Assembly (NCBI GenBank): GCA_013115145.1 | Contig: JAAPAO010000288.1 | Location: 1 to 42,536 of the forward strand | Reading direction: 5' to 3' | Length of the DNA stretch: 42,536 bases | DNA from: Perkinsus chesapeaki ATCC PRA-425 | Taxonomy: Eukaryota; Protista; Perkinsozoa | Part shown: positions 1-11,400 of the stretch, one piece after another | Numbering within the stretch: position 1 is the stretch's first letter | Layout of the letters: each line of letters begins with the position of its first letter | The notes under the pieces: model-generated | What the model saw: the letters and a program-made list of their open reading frames with translations, nothing else | What the model was told of the DNA's origin: nothing | The model's database searches: none | Translations under genes and position numbers: made by a program

Positions 1-48
1 AATCATTGCGTTGATCTTTTTTCGTGATCTTTTTCTCAGGATCACGCG

Positions 49-190
49 TGGATCAGGATCCGCATACCGGCCCAGCTAGATTCTAGCTCAAGCATTCCGG
101 ATCACGATTGATTTGGCTCAGACAAGAAGATCACTGAGTGATCTGGGTCATCGGCTTGATCCATGGATCAGGATCCGCATACCGGCCCAG
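49..190. repeat. 27-bp direct repeat (49-75, 164-190) in a GATC-dense tract
   Basis: TGGATCAGGATCCGCATACCGGCCCAG occurs twice; 11 GATC sites counted in positions 1-180. Confidence 0.9.
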
Positions 191-1055
191 GTGAAGGATT
201 AGCCGTACCTCTAGGTACCCTCATATGCGCAAGGATAGCGACTGTTCGTGTCGTCACGCCATTGATTGCCCATAAAGTGGCCCCATCATGGGGCAGTCTG
301 TCGTCGGCCAAGGACTATTAACGGCTTTTGAATTCCGGACAGGAACTTTCTCTTCCAGGCTACCCTGGAAAGTGGTGTTGGTAGATCTTCCAAAGCCACT
401 TGAATGGCGGCCGCGAGCGAGAGAGAAATGTGTGGGATGCTCTATGGGCTATCTCATAGCCCTAACGAGTTCTAAAAGAGGCTTCGTAACAAATCGCTCG
501 GATTGAGAGCCTAGGCACCTGTGATTATCGGATCATCATGATCCCCCCAAATTCGATCCCTGATGTATTTATTCTGCAACCGGACAGACATTGTTAAATC
601 TTGGAAAATAGCTACAGTAAGACCTTATACAAAACCATGTTTATAACATAACCGCGGGCGGATGGGTTGGTAATCCGCAGCTCCATAATCGTTATTTAAC
701 TGTCGTGAGGTACAAATACCCAGCATGTTGGATTGCCCAACGGTAAGCAGACGCGCCAAGTGACTCTTCGCGAGACATCGAATGACGAAACGGTGATCGA
801 ATCGATTATTGATCGATTATGTTTATCATGACGAATATTCTATACGCGACGTGTATAACACGTCCCTCTCGTGGCACGAGACTCACTTAGTGTTCATGAA
901 TAGTCTACTCACAAAAGGAACGCGACACTCAAGGCTAATGAATACATTCACTGCTAGATGGGGGTTCGATGCTCTCGATTATCCGGGCTGTCATGCCATC
1001 AGACAAGAGAGTGCTATGCTAAACTGGATATTTTGATGCCACACTGGACTTTTCG

Positions 1056-1397
1056 CGGCACCTCTACGACGCCTTTCACTGTGAGAGTTTACTTCAAATC
1101 GGCCGGGAGCTCAGCAGCTGAACAACATGAATACCACATACGGAAGGTCGGTAGACCTACCTGTGGTACAATCGCCGTACCATCCCAACTTCCCAGGGCT
1201 ACTGTAACGAGGGAACGCGCAGTGAGCAAACCTGCAGAGGGGCAATATGAGGCAAAGGGTCGATAGTTAAGACTTACACTTCGGGCTTCTTATTAGCGGC
1301 CATTGGAAATATTAAATATGTCATAATCCATGGCATCCTCTCATCGAAGAAAGCCTTCTCGGCATCATTGAGATTATAACTGATAAGTATACATCCG
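1056..1397. repeat. 342-bp near-identical direct repeat, copy A (3' exons and introns of hemerythrin copy 1)
   Basis: Matches 5261-5602 with 3 mismatches by hand alignment. Confidence 0.95.
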
Positions 1398-2703
1398 ATT
1401 CAACATTATCAGCACTTGCTCTTGACATAGTATTACGACAAGATTATGATCATAAAATCGCTCAAGTGGGAAAACAACAATTATAGCCTGTTTAATACAA
1501 ATACTTCTATATGAATTCTACGTACTACAGAAGCACACGTACAAAAGATAGCGCAAAGAGAGTATTAGCGCGTGTGAAGTCAGCATTCCAACCCTTTGGC
1601 AAGTTAAAAGGTGTTTCAACACTAGCGGTAAAATGTCACCCTTGTCGTCGTTACATCATGAAGATGAGACTGTCCATTTTGTTCATATGCTCAGCAATCA
1701 TACCATGGATCTGTTTAGATAGTTCCTTGACCTCCTTCTCAGATGCTAAACTCAAAATGTAACAAGTAGTTTCCGCTCGAACTCACCGTGATCGCGGAAT
1801 GCCTCCGGAGTTAGAATCTTTTCTTCTCTGACAAGATGACCGTTGACGTTATCGCACATCATATCGCTTATTTTTAAACCTGACAACGAGGAAGAACTCT
1901 GCTGGCCAACAACACTCAGTCGATTTTCAACTTACTAAAATGCTTCACATGACACACTACTGAGTCAGTAGTACTGACGTATGCGAACTTCGAATACCCG
2001 GTTTTCTCATCACAAACGATTGCGCGTCTCCGCAACAAACACATAGGTGAGGTTTACTTGATTTTATACAAGTACAGAAACGACAACCATTCGATTCCAT
2101 AATGACACTAGCATATAGCAAAAGGCAAAGTGTGATGATAATGTGATACCGATTTTTAGTATACCATATTCAGAATGAGCGCGACATTATAATGAGAAGC
2201 CAATAACTCACAAATCCCCTGAGCTTCGGTGATCTTGTCTTGTTTCAAGTTTTCATCCAAGTTCTTCAGAAGCTCCGACACCTAATGGCAGTCGCACACC
2301 ACAAGAGTGGTCCAATGCTAACCTGTTCATGTTCGTGCCCCTCTTCCTCGAAGGCATTTGACTCATGTAGATGCTTCTTGTAGAAGGGGAAGATATACTG
2401 GTCTTCTTGTAGATGGTGAACCAAAAGGAATTTGGCCGACATGTCAACAAACCTGAAGGCAGAAGATATGAAACCATGGCGGTGATGAGGCACTCACTGT
2501 TTGAAGCTCTCGGCATCAGCTGGGGCAACCTTCTTCTTTGCGGCTATTGTGAAGGATCTGAGAAGGTCCATTGAGCTACCAACGCCAAGGATCCGAAGTA
2601 CGCACCTTTTAATAACATTATGGACGCCATTTTGGCCGAAGATGAATTCTTCAAAGTAGTCCTTAGATGCCACCTTCTTAGCACCCCAAATGTAGTTACC
2701 CAT
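1089..2703 (-). CDS. Hemerythrin (HHE cation-binding domain) protein, copy 1, multi-exon
   Basis: Hand-spliced: MGNYIWG...GVHNVIKR|SFTIAAKKK...FKQ|FVDMSAKFLLVHHLQEDQYIFPFY...GHEHEQ|VSELLKNL...|...NGHLVREEKIL...|ASEKEVKELSKQIH...FM|IYNLNDAEKAFFDERMPW...|VFAHCAFPRY...|AAELPADLK*. The H, HHxxED, H and HxxxEE ligand motifs are present. Intron 1 is 2558-2605 (48 nt, GT-AG). Confidence 0.82.
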
Positions 2704-2987
2704 ATTGCTTATGTATTAAATCAAGTGCTATCTCGTAATTACTGATAACTAGACACCAGTGCTGGAGGGGACAAAGTCTCTCGTGCGTGCTGTCTCCCTT
2801 GAGTTGAGATGTAACGCAAAACGGTTATTCAGCAAATAACAGCAGATAGAAGAATTTCCTCTCAGTTATTCCAAGTCATTCTGTGATTCGTATCACTTAA
2901 ACAAGTACGCGCTCTATCAGCAGCACTGCTAACTTGCCAAAGAAATCCTCAGGTTAGCGCAACAGACAACATTCAAAGAAACATCGT

Positions 2988-5218
2988 TCACCGTCGTCGT
3001 CTGCCTCGTTTATCCTGACACCCTTCAAGCCATTGCAGTAATTCATCTCGCGCTTGAACAAGGTTAAGGAAATCTTCAGGGCTCGAGGACTCCTCCTCTT
3101 CAGAGCTGCCACTGCCTCGCTTGTCGGGATGAACGGCTAAACTGCGTCTTCGATATGATGACATCACCATTTCTCGTGAAAGGGAGCTCACATCTGAAAG
3201 TGGAGGGTGTAGGCTATCCGGTTAGGAGGCATGTAAATGTACAGAAATGAATCTAGAGGAGAAGAATCTATAGGCCCAAAAGTTAAACTAATTTGGATAC
3301 ATCATGTAACGACCATCGGCCTCAACAGTAGGGGGGTCGGGACGCGCCAGACGTAATCAGCAGTGTCTGTTGGGCAACAGATGCCTTCACGGCAGCCGGC
3401 TTTTCACAAAAGAAACTTCCAGGGCAAAAAGGAACAATGAATGTTCCTCAACGGCTTCCTGATTGGAGGTACCTTCGCTGCATCCAAGGGTCTCCATCCA
3501 TAGACCAACTTGGGTCAATGACGATGATGATCTATTCTTTATTGATCTTTTCCGGTGGCCACTCGCCGGTGGGCAACTGACTTTTAAACAAGCGCTGTCT
3601 TCTGACACAGTTGCCTAAATATCATCGTTAATGAACGTTCCAGGGCAATCGACCGACTTTCACTTGTGGTGCCCCTCGTCCAGCTGACCCTCGGCGAGGT
3701 GTGAGATATTCCCCAGATACTAAAGGCCACGAGGAGAAACTGAGCACAACAGGGATGGGGCAGCACCGGCAGTGGCGATGATCTACCTGAAGGGCCGTAG
3801 CAGTTTAGAACCAGCAATGGAGATCTCAAATTCAGCAGCGCAAGTGTTCAGAGATGAGTTCTCAATGGCTAGCAAGGAATTCAACTTGATGTGATAAAGC
3901 AAAGTCTCGTCAATCGAATGTGATGGCAACTGTTCGGTGACCTGAAGGCCACACTGGGAATCTGAAGAGGTATAGTGTTTACAATTGGTGAACGAAGATG
4001 AATGGCCATCACGACAGCAGCACCACGAATGTGAGTGAAGTGACATCCTTTGAGTGAGACAGCAGGTGTGGTGCCGTCGGTAATGTCGTCTTCGGAGGGA
4101 TATCGCTCCATCTGAGGCATCAACCATGGGAACCAGAAAGCGTTCGATGGAATATAACGTGCCACAAATACGCGGTGAGAAACACTGTTTTTTGAAAAAG
4201 GCGTGTTACTGCATAACTTTCCTCAAGAGATGAATACCTCGGCGACATACGGCTGTGGAGAGCTGTTGAGAGTGACTTTCCGATGTACAACAAATATCGA
4301 GCTCAAATCGACTTAATGGAAATAACTAAACTGAAGGACTGTTGAGAAAGACGGAGAGGCTGCGAGTGACGGATACTGGCCTGGTCCATAAAGTTGCTGT
4401 CCCAAAAACGCTTGTTGAGATGGTCTTATATCCAACATGTGAAAGCTCAATGACGTTACCTCTAGTGACAGTGCTACTTGCATATCACTGAAGGTGCAGT
4501 CTTGAACGACAATATGAGGGGCAGCTTCCACGCCTTCCACCATTGAATTCAAACATACATGAATGGCTGGGCGGAGGCCACCTTTCCATTTGCAACTTCG
4601 AACGTGCAACGTTGCACCAGAGCCTGCTGATATCTATCAAACACCGTCATGACTCGGACGGAGACGGGGGGCGATGTCCCTACTCTGCATTCTTCAATCT
4701 CACAATGGTTAAGAGTTAAAGTCTGACCACTCGAGACTGTTATAGTCCCCCGGTGGAGCCTAAGATCCGCGATTTCTACATAAGGCGGTTTGTCCTGTGA
4801 ATCCGGCCACGACAGCAGAGAAGTAGTTGGAGATGGACCTGAGAACCGTTTCTAGCAGCAAACAGGACAAATCAGTTACCTCTGACACCGAGAAAGTCTG
4901 AGCTGTCTATTCGGTAAATACCATCGGCTGACAGTTGTGGCACTAGGGGTGCTGAGAACACCCATGCTCATAAGGGGGAGGTTACCCTACTCTGGCCCCA
5001 TTCAGTGACTTCTTCAGCAGATGAGCTGCTACTTGTACTGTCCTCATCATCACTAGTCGTCTGACTGTCACAATCGGACATTGTCGTCTGGAATTCCGAT
5101 TGATGATAAAATAAAACTCAACAGGAGGGGAGGATGAGGAATAAAGTAACTGCTGGATGCGGAAGCGACGCTCTCGATCATCTGGGCTGCTGTCAAGATT
5201 TGGATGACATCCCATCAA
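2988..5218 (-). CDS. Multi-exon protein with a C-terminal J-domain (DnaJ class C-like); 5' exons uncertain
   Basis: Last exon reads SYRRRSLAVHPDK...DFLNLVQARDELL (HPD motif between helices II and III). Several upstream minus-strand ORF pieces run to ~5218; the start codon is not established. Confidence 0.55.
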
Positions 5219-5260
5219 ATGAGAACGACGGAGATATTCAGTGTCACACTAAACACTTGT

Positions 5261-5602
5261 CGGCACCTCTACGACGCCTTTCACTGTGAGAGTTTACTTC
5301 AAATCGGCTGGGAGCTCAGCAGCTGAACAACATGAATACCACATATGGAAGGTCGGTAGACCTACCTGTGGTACAATCACCGTACCATCCCAACTTCCCA
5401 GGGCTACTGTAACGAGGGAACGCGCAGTGAGCAAACCTGCAGAGGGGCAATATGAGGCAAAGGGTCGATAGTTAAGACTTACACTTCGGGCTTCTTATTA
5501 GCGGCCATTGGAAATATTAAATATGTCATAATCCATGGCATCCTCTCATCGAAGAAAGCCTTCTCGGCATCATTGAGATTATAACTGATAAGTATACATC
5601 CG
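5261..5602. repeat. 342-bp near-identical direct repeat, copy B (3' exons and introns of hemerythrin copy 2)
   Basis: Matches 1056-1397 at an offset of 4205. Confidence 0.95.
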
Positions 5603-6651
5603 TTTCAATACTGTACCACATTCACCACACTTTATACATAAAAGGATAGGATATAGAACTATATAATAAAGTTAAGATATAGATATATTTTTATATTATT
5701 GTAGATGTCAATAGGAAGTATAAGAATGAAGGCAAGTACAAGGGAGAGCAGCAAGAAAAGGGTTTAACCTATTGGATGTAACCAACTTCGCCGTCCCTAC
5801 ATCATAAAAACAAGGCTCTCCGTTCTGTCCATGTGATCGCCTATCATATCATGAATGTTCTTTGATAGCTGACGGACCTCCTTCTCAGTTGCTGAATTCA
5901 ACAACACATACCGCCTCCACCGCCCACAGCACCAGCTGCTTCCTTACAGTGCTCGCGGTACGCCTCCGAAGTGAGGATCCTTTCTTCTCTGGCGAAATGA
6001 CCATTATCACCTTCGAACATGCTGCCTATTTTTGCACCTGAATTTCACAGTCGAAAATGAGATAGTTACTAAATCCAAGCACGAACATTATTTATCGGAT
6101 ACGAGAGATGTTTTATATTATGTACAGGAGGAATAATAAAATACTGCTTACATATCTCCTGGGCTTCCGGAATCTTGTCTTCTTTCAGGGCTTTCTCCAG
6201 CTCCTTCAAAAGCTGCGATACCTACACTGTAGTAGTTTCACATCATCATCAGAAGGATGGTCCAATGGTGACCTTTTCATGATCATGTCCCTCCTCCTCT
6301 AGTGCTTCGGGCTCCTTTAGATGTTGCCTGTAGAAGGGGAAGATATACTCGTCCTCCTGTAGATGATGAACCAAAAGGAATTTGCCGGTCATGTCGATGA
6401 ATCTAAGGATGATAACCATCACCAGTCTGCGATGATCTCAGACTCACTGTTTGAAGCTCTCTACATCAGTTGGGGAAACCTTCCTCTTTGCCGCGATCGC
6501 GAAAGATCTGTCGGAGGTCAGTCAATTGAACACAGTGGGAGATGCTGACGCACCTTTTAATAACATTGTGGACGCCTTTTTGGCCGAAGACAAATTCTTC
6601 AAAGTAGTCCTTAGATGCCACCTTCTTAGCACCCCAAATGTAGTTACCCAT
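5294..6651 (-). CDS. Hemerythrin (HHE cation-binding domain) protein, copy 2, multi-exon
   Basis: Same intron positions as copy 1. Reads MGNYIWG...GVHNVIKR, FLLVHHLQEDEYIFPFY, GHDHEK, NGHFAREERIL, with an identical C-terminal peptide. Confidence 0.82.
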
Positions 6652-6781
6652 ATTGCTTATGTATTAAATCAAATACTAAGTTGTGATCCCAAGTTAGTAT
6701 CTCACGCTGCGGGAATTGTGTCGCGCTGTCCCCTTGTGTAACACAAAGTTTGTATCCATCACAAATGAAACAAGCCTCTGT

Positions 6782-8153
6782 TTAGTCTGAATCACTATCA
6801 GAGTCTTCTCGTATCTCATCAGTGACAATCTGAATTGACCCAGGTTCGAATCCCACACCTGAGAGTTCATTCCCACCTCTAGGAGCTCCAGACTGATCGC
6901 CGTCATGTCATCACCGAGCAGCACATCACTCTCAAACTCCACAGCCACCTGACACCAACCACTTCGCCCGCGACCAGAGGCATCATACGTTCATTCTTAG
7001 CTGTTCCATTGCTCCTGCTATAACACCGCAAAGTATATTACTGTAATACCTGATAAAGCAGGAAACCTCCAAGAGGAGTGCTCGGTCACGCTCTTTATTC
7101 GATGATTATAGAAATGGACACGCATGACTGCCAGAGCTCAGATTGTCTGAAGCCAACAATGATCACGAAACTCGAAAGCATTATTTGATCGAGGGGTTGA
7201 GAATAACAAATAAGTATAGGAATGTCCTACAGTATTGGGCCTGATGATTTGGACTCTTGCTGATTATCGTCTGCTTGACGTCGTCGAAGGTCTATTGGAA
7301 GCTCAACAAAGTCATTCAAGGGATTCACTGGCAGTACCTGAAAGATAACCCTTAAAGCGGCGGAGCGAAGCTTGACTTACCAGGCGGCATTTCCTCCCTT
7401 CTGCACTGTCATCCCAGTCGACACATTCTCCAGTAACACCAAGGTACATTTTCAACGCTACCTTGCTCATGACCTAACAAGCACAGGTTCGATCCCCGGC
7501 GAGGATATCTTTTTACTTCACAAGCATCTCGGAAGTCTTGGCATGGCGGAACTCGGCTCTTAATGAGGAACTCATCAATCAACCTCGCACCGATGTCATT
7601 TCCCATTTTGTAAAGCTCACCGTTAACTTTATCGAAATTGCCGTCGAAATCGACAAGAAGCTGTCGAACTGTCGCGCCGTACCTGCCAACAGGAAATATG
7701 GCATCATGAAGTGTTATGGATATCTAGCAAAGAAGATCAATTAATCGAAGGGAGAGGGAACGAGCCAATTTATATTCTTCGCACCGATCTTATTCGTTTC
7801 AGTCACCATCTCAAATTCCAACACTGAGATTCAATGTGCTACAGGAATTTGAAACGGACATTTCTAAAGTAACTGAGGGTTCTATAAGATTTACCGACTC
7901 AAAGTCGAAGATCAGTTAATAGTTAATTAATCAGTAGCTAGTTAATAGCTGCTCTGTTAACAGAGGTAGATCAGAAATGAACAGGAGAACTGAATGAGGT
8001 GTGGTGATTGGTATAGAGGTATTCAACTTACAACAGTGCCAGGACTTCAGCGTTGCACTTATCCATTCTTTGAAAACATGCCTCACCACGAGCTACATGA
8101 GATGAGGATGATGGAGACGAGGACGAGGCCGCAGTGTGGCCAGAACGAAGCAT
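6782..8153 (-). CDS. BET3: TRAPP complex subunit BET3/TRAPPC3, multi-exon
   Basis: Spliced: MLRSGH...MDKCNAEVLALLYGATVRQLL...KMGNDIGARLIDEFLIKSRVPPCQDFRDACEVMSKVALKMYLG...NPLNDFVELP...YYSNILCGVIAGAMEQLRMNVAVEFESDVLLGDDMTAISL...DSDSD*. This matches the Bet3 signatures YGALV, MG.NIG.RLIDEFL, NPL.DFVELP and YSN.LCG. Confidence 0.93.
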
Positions 8154-8470
8154 TCCCGAAAAAACTAAGCAGATAATAATGTGCGCGTTCCCGTGGATCA
8201 AAATACATGCGCCATTTCAGGCCAAAACGCTCAGTCTTCGCGGATGAATGACAATGTTGTTGAATTGAAACTCTCTACGTAAAGGAACACAATTACTACA
8301 CAATACGGTCAGGCCATCACTGAAGGACCGAAAAACGTTTTTGCGAGCTACAGGTTACGATATGACGCAAGTGTAGTGAGATAGCAGATGGGAGAAGTTT
8401 CGCACGCAACACCGATGTACGAATAAGATACGTTAGTCAGTACTGATATGTAAGTAAGCAACAATTAGAC

Positions 8471-11400
8471 TTATGTAGATGAGGAAGGCTCCTCTTCGGC
8501 CTTATTATCCTCGTTTGTGGGAGCAGCAGAGGATTGCTGCTGGGCAGGGGTTTGGGAAGTATCTGAGGAAAGTGTGGTATGGAAGATAGCAAAGAAGAGT
8601 CCATGGAGACTTTGTAAGTGATGAGTAATAACATAGAGTAAAGACATACCTTCAGCCGGCGAGGATGTTGTCGTGTTCGCCGCTGGTGGTGCACCTTGTG
8701 TTGTCGATGCATCTGACAATGTACATGCGTGCAGGACGTTCAATACCCCATCTTACCTTGCTCGTTTTGCTGCTGTGGCTGCTGCTGTTCTATCCGTGTA
8801 ATCTTGGCGCTAGGTGCTGAAGTATCCACGGGCTCTACGGACTCGGGCTGTTTACGTTTTTGAGCTAACGTCTGCTGCTGTTGTTGCGAGTGGCCATCAC
8901 CAGACTTCTTCAAAGCCACTAATGCTTTACTGAGTTGAACTCGATACTCCTGAAGACACTCGAGATTCTACCACATAACAGAATACCACTTCAGATGAAA
9001 AGTCAACAAGCTGGATGATGAGCGCATCGTATCCAATCACCACCATAGATTTCACATCAACTTCAAGCATGGCAGATTTGTTCCGCTAAGATATCAATCC
9101 TCACTTCTATAGGCATATCGCAATTCATTAATGCCAACGCCGGAGTAATGAGCTATACCGTTTCCTCCTCTGACATGCCAACAACCCCCCACCTGAAGTA
9201 TCTTGGCCGATCCCTGCAGCAATTCGATATTCCTCTTGTCTCTGACAACCCGACTGCCAGCCGGATGCGCCACCGCCCCGGTCGACGCTGATGCCTTTGG
9301 AGTCGAAACTGTCTGAGTTGATGACGAACTTGCTTGGGCCTACCGTGAAGCACTTAAGGAAGAGATGCGCCACGAAATTAAGATACCTTAGCTTGTTGAT
9401 CGGCGGCGGCTTTAACCTTCTTTTCCTCCTCTTTAAGTTGTTCTTCCATTTTTTTCATTTGATCACTCAAATCCTTTATCCTATTATCTCTGAGTTTCCG
9501 CATGCCCTGCTCTTGGTTCAACAGACGTATTTTCATCGACAACTGAAGCGGTATCTTCCACCCTAGCTTGCAATATATCCAACCTGTTCCTCAAGATTCT
9601 TAGTTTTCTTTTCAGCCTCTAGTTTCACAGAATTCATATTAGTCTCATTCGCCCGAACCTGAGTCGGTTGTCGCATAATCTTGATCATGACGGAAAGTAT
9701 CTTACTTGCGTGGCGAGCTCTGTCACTCGAACTTGAAGCGCCTTCGATGCGTTCTGTAAAGATTCCATCTTGCTACTCTGAAAATAGCACATCGATAAGA
9801 TATTTCTCCCGAAAAGATACCGAAGAGGTTGATTGGCTTACCCTCTCTTTAATCTGCGCTTGTGCCTGCGCCAGTTCCGCCTTCAGTTTCGCTTCATCCT
9901 CCCTTAACTTTGCAACCTCTGCTGGCTCCATATTAGCATACCTGTTTCACACCTCGTTGAGTAACACCTCACCTAGCTGGTAAGATACTTCTTTGTTAGC
10001 TCTGCGTGCAACTTTTCAAATCGTTCTGCCTTCGCAGTCATCGTCTTCAACGCCGCGTTCTGATGGCGGAATCGCTCGGTACACTAAAAATGATAATTAG
10101 CATCTCTCGCCTTCCCAAATATCGAATGATATGATTTTCATTTAACCATTTCCTCGTAGTGTACGAAAGATGAATCATGAATCTAGATAGCTCTGCAACA
10201 AGCCATATTCAAGCCATATTTCCAAGCACACCTCATTGAGCTGAGCCTTCAATTTGCTATTCTCCTCCTTGGCTACGTCAAGCTCTGATTGAGTCTTCTG
10301 CAAATTCTGCCGCTGCGTTTCTGAAAGTATCCAAGCTTCACCCTCGGCTTTCATACCCCACAAAGATACCTAGCTCCATTTTAAGCCTCTGGTACTCAGA
10401 TTCATACATTGATAATTCCTGAACCTTCGCAGTCAACATCGAATACCTGAACCGCACAAAATGCCATACAAAAAACTTCGCCCCGCTAAGGTTTACTTTT
10501 CCTCCGATTCTCTCATCCGTTCGATATGGTCCTCCTGCTGTCTGAGTCGCTCCTCCAACCGATGGAGATCTTTCTCAAGTCCAAGTGACCGTGCTTTGTG
10601 TCGAGAGCATTCCAGTAACTATCAGGAATCTTGCAATCTTATCAAATCTTGCATTTCCTCAACGTACCGCTTCTTGCTCCCGAGCTATCAATAGCTTCTT
10701 GCTCTCGTTAACTTGCTGCAGTAAAGCCTTTAATTTTCCAACTTCATTCGGAGATGACGGAATGGGACTCGGCGAGGAGGGTACATCCTCCTTCCCGGAC
10801 GATGTGAACAAAGTTTGGTATCTAAGTTGTCATCGCTATGCTCAAATATGTTGTGCGGAGGCGACTCTGAGTGGTTGAATAATGTAAAGAATAAATATAT
10901 TACAAAAAAGTAATATAATGAAAGTGCAAGCGTTCCACCTTACTTGTCATTCTCTTCACTTAAAGCCTTTATCCTCCTCTCGCTTTGTTTAACCATTTCC
11001 TCCGCCGCGCTCAGCTGTCGTTTCGTCTCGGCATGCGCGTCGTCCTTCTCCTTCAGTTTTTTATCCATTTCTTCAACCTCCTTCTTCATCTCATCAATCG
11101 CCTCATCCCTCTCCTCTCTGGCTGCCACCAACTGCTCGGCCTCCTTCCCTCTCTTAATAAACTCGGCGGTATATTCCTTCTTAGCTTCCTTCAACGCCGC
11201 GGCCGCCTCAACAGCCTTAGAGTTCGCCAGGGCTATTTCATCCTAATATCAACAAAGCTCTTTTTACCCACCAAGTGCAAACGGTGAGTCCCCATCTCAA
11301 ACTCGCATTTGCATTGGTCTAGTCCAAGAAAATTTACGAAAAAATAGTTCAGCGAGCAATTTTTCACAAAATTCTACTGAATTCGCTTAAAATTTTTCCC

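Noticed and set aside
1056-5602. LTR retrotransposon bounded by the 342-bp repeats
   Set aside because: The repeats are spliceable 3' exons of the hemerythrin genes; no TG..CA ends, PBS, gag or pol are seen.
10944-11287. Plus-strand ORFs rich in Ser/Phe/Leu
   Set aside because: Antisense shadows of Glu/Lys-rich coiled-coil exons. The same applies to most short ORFs opposite called genes.
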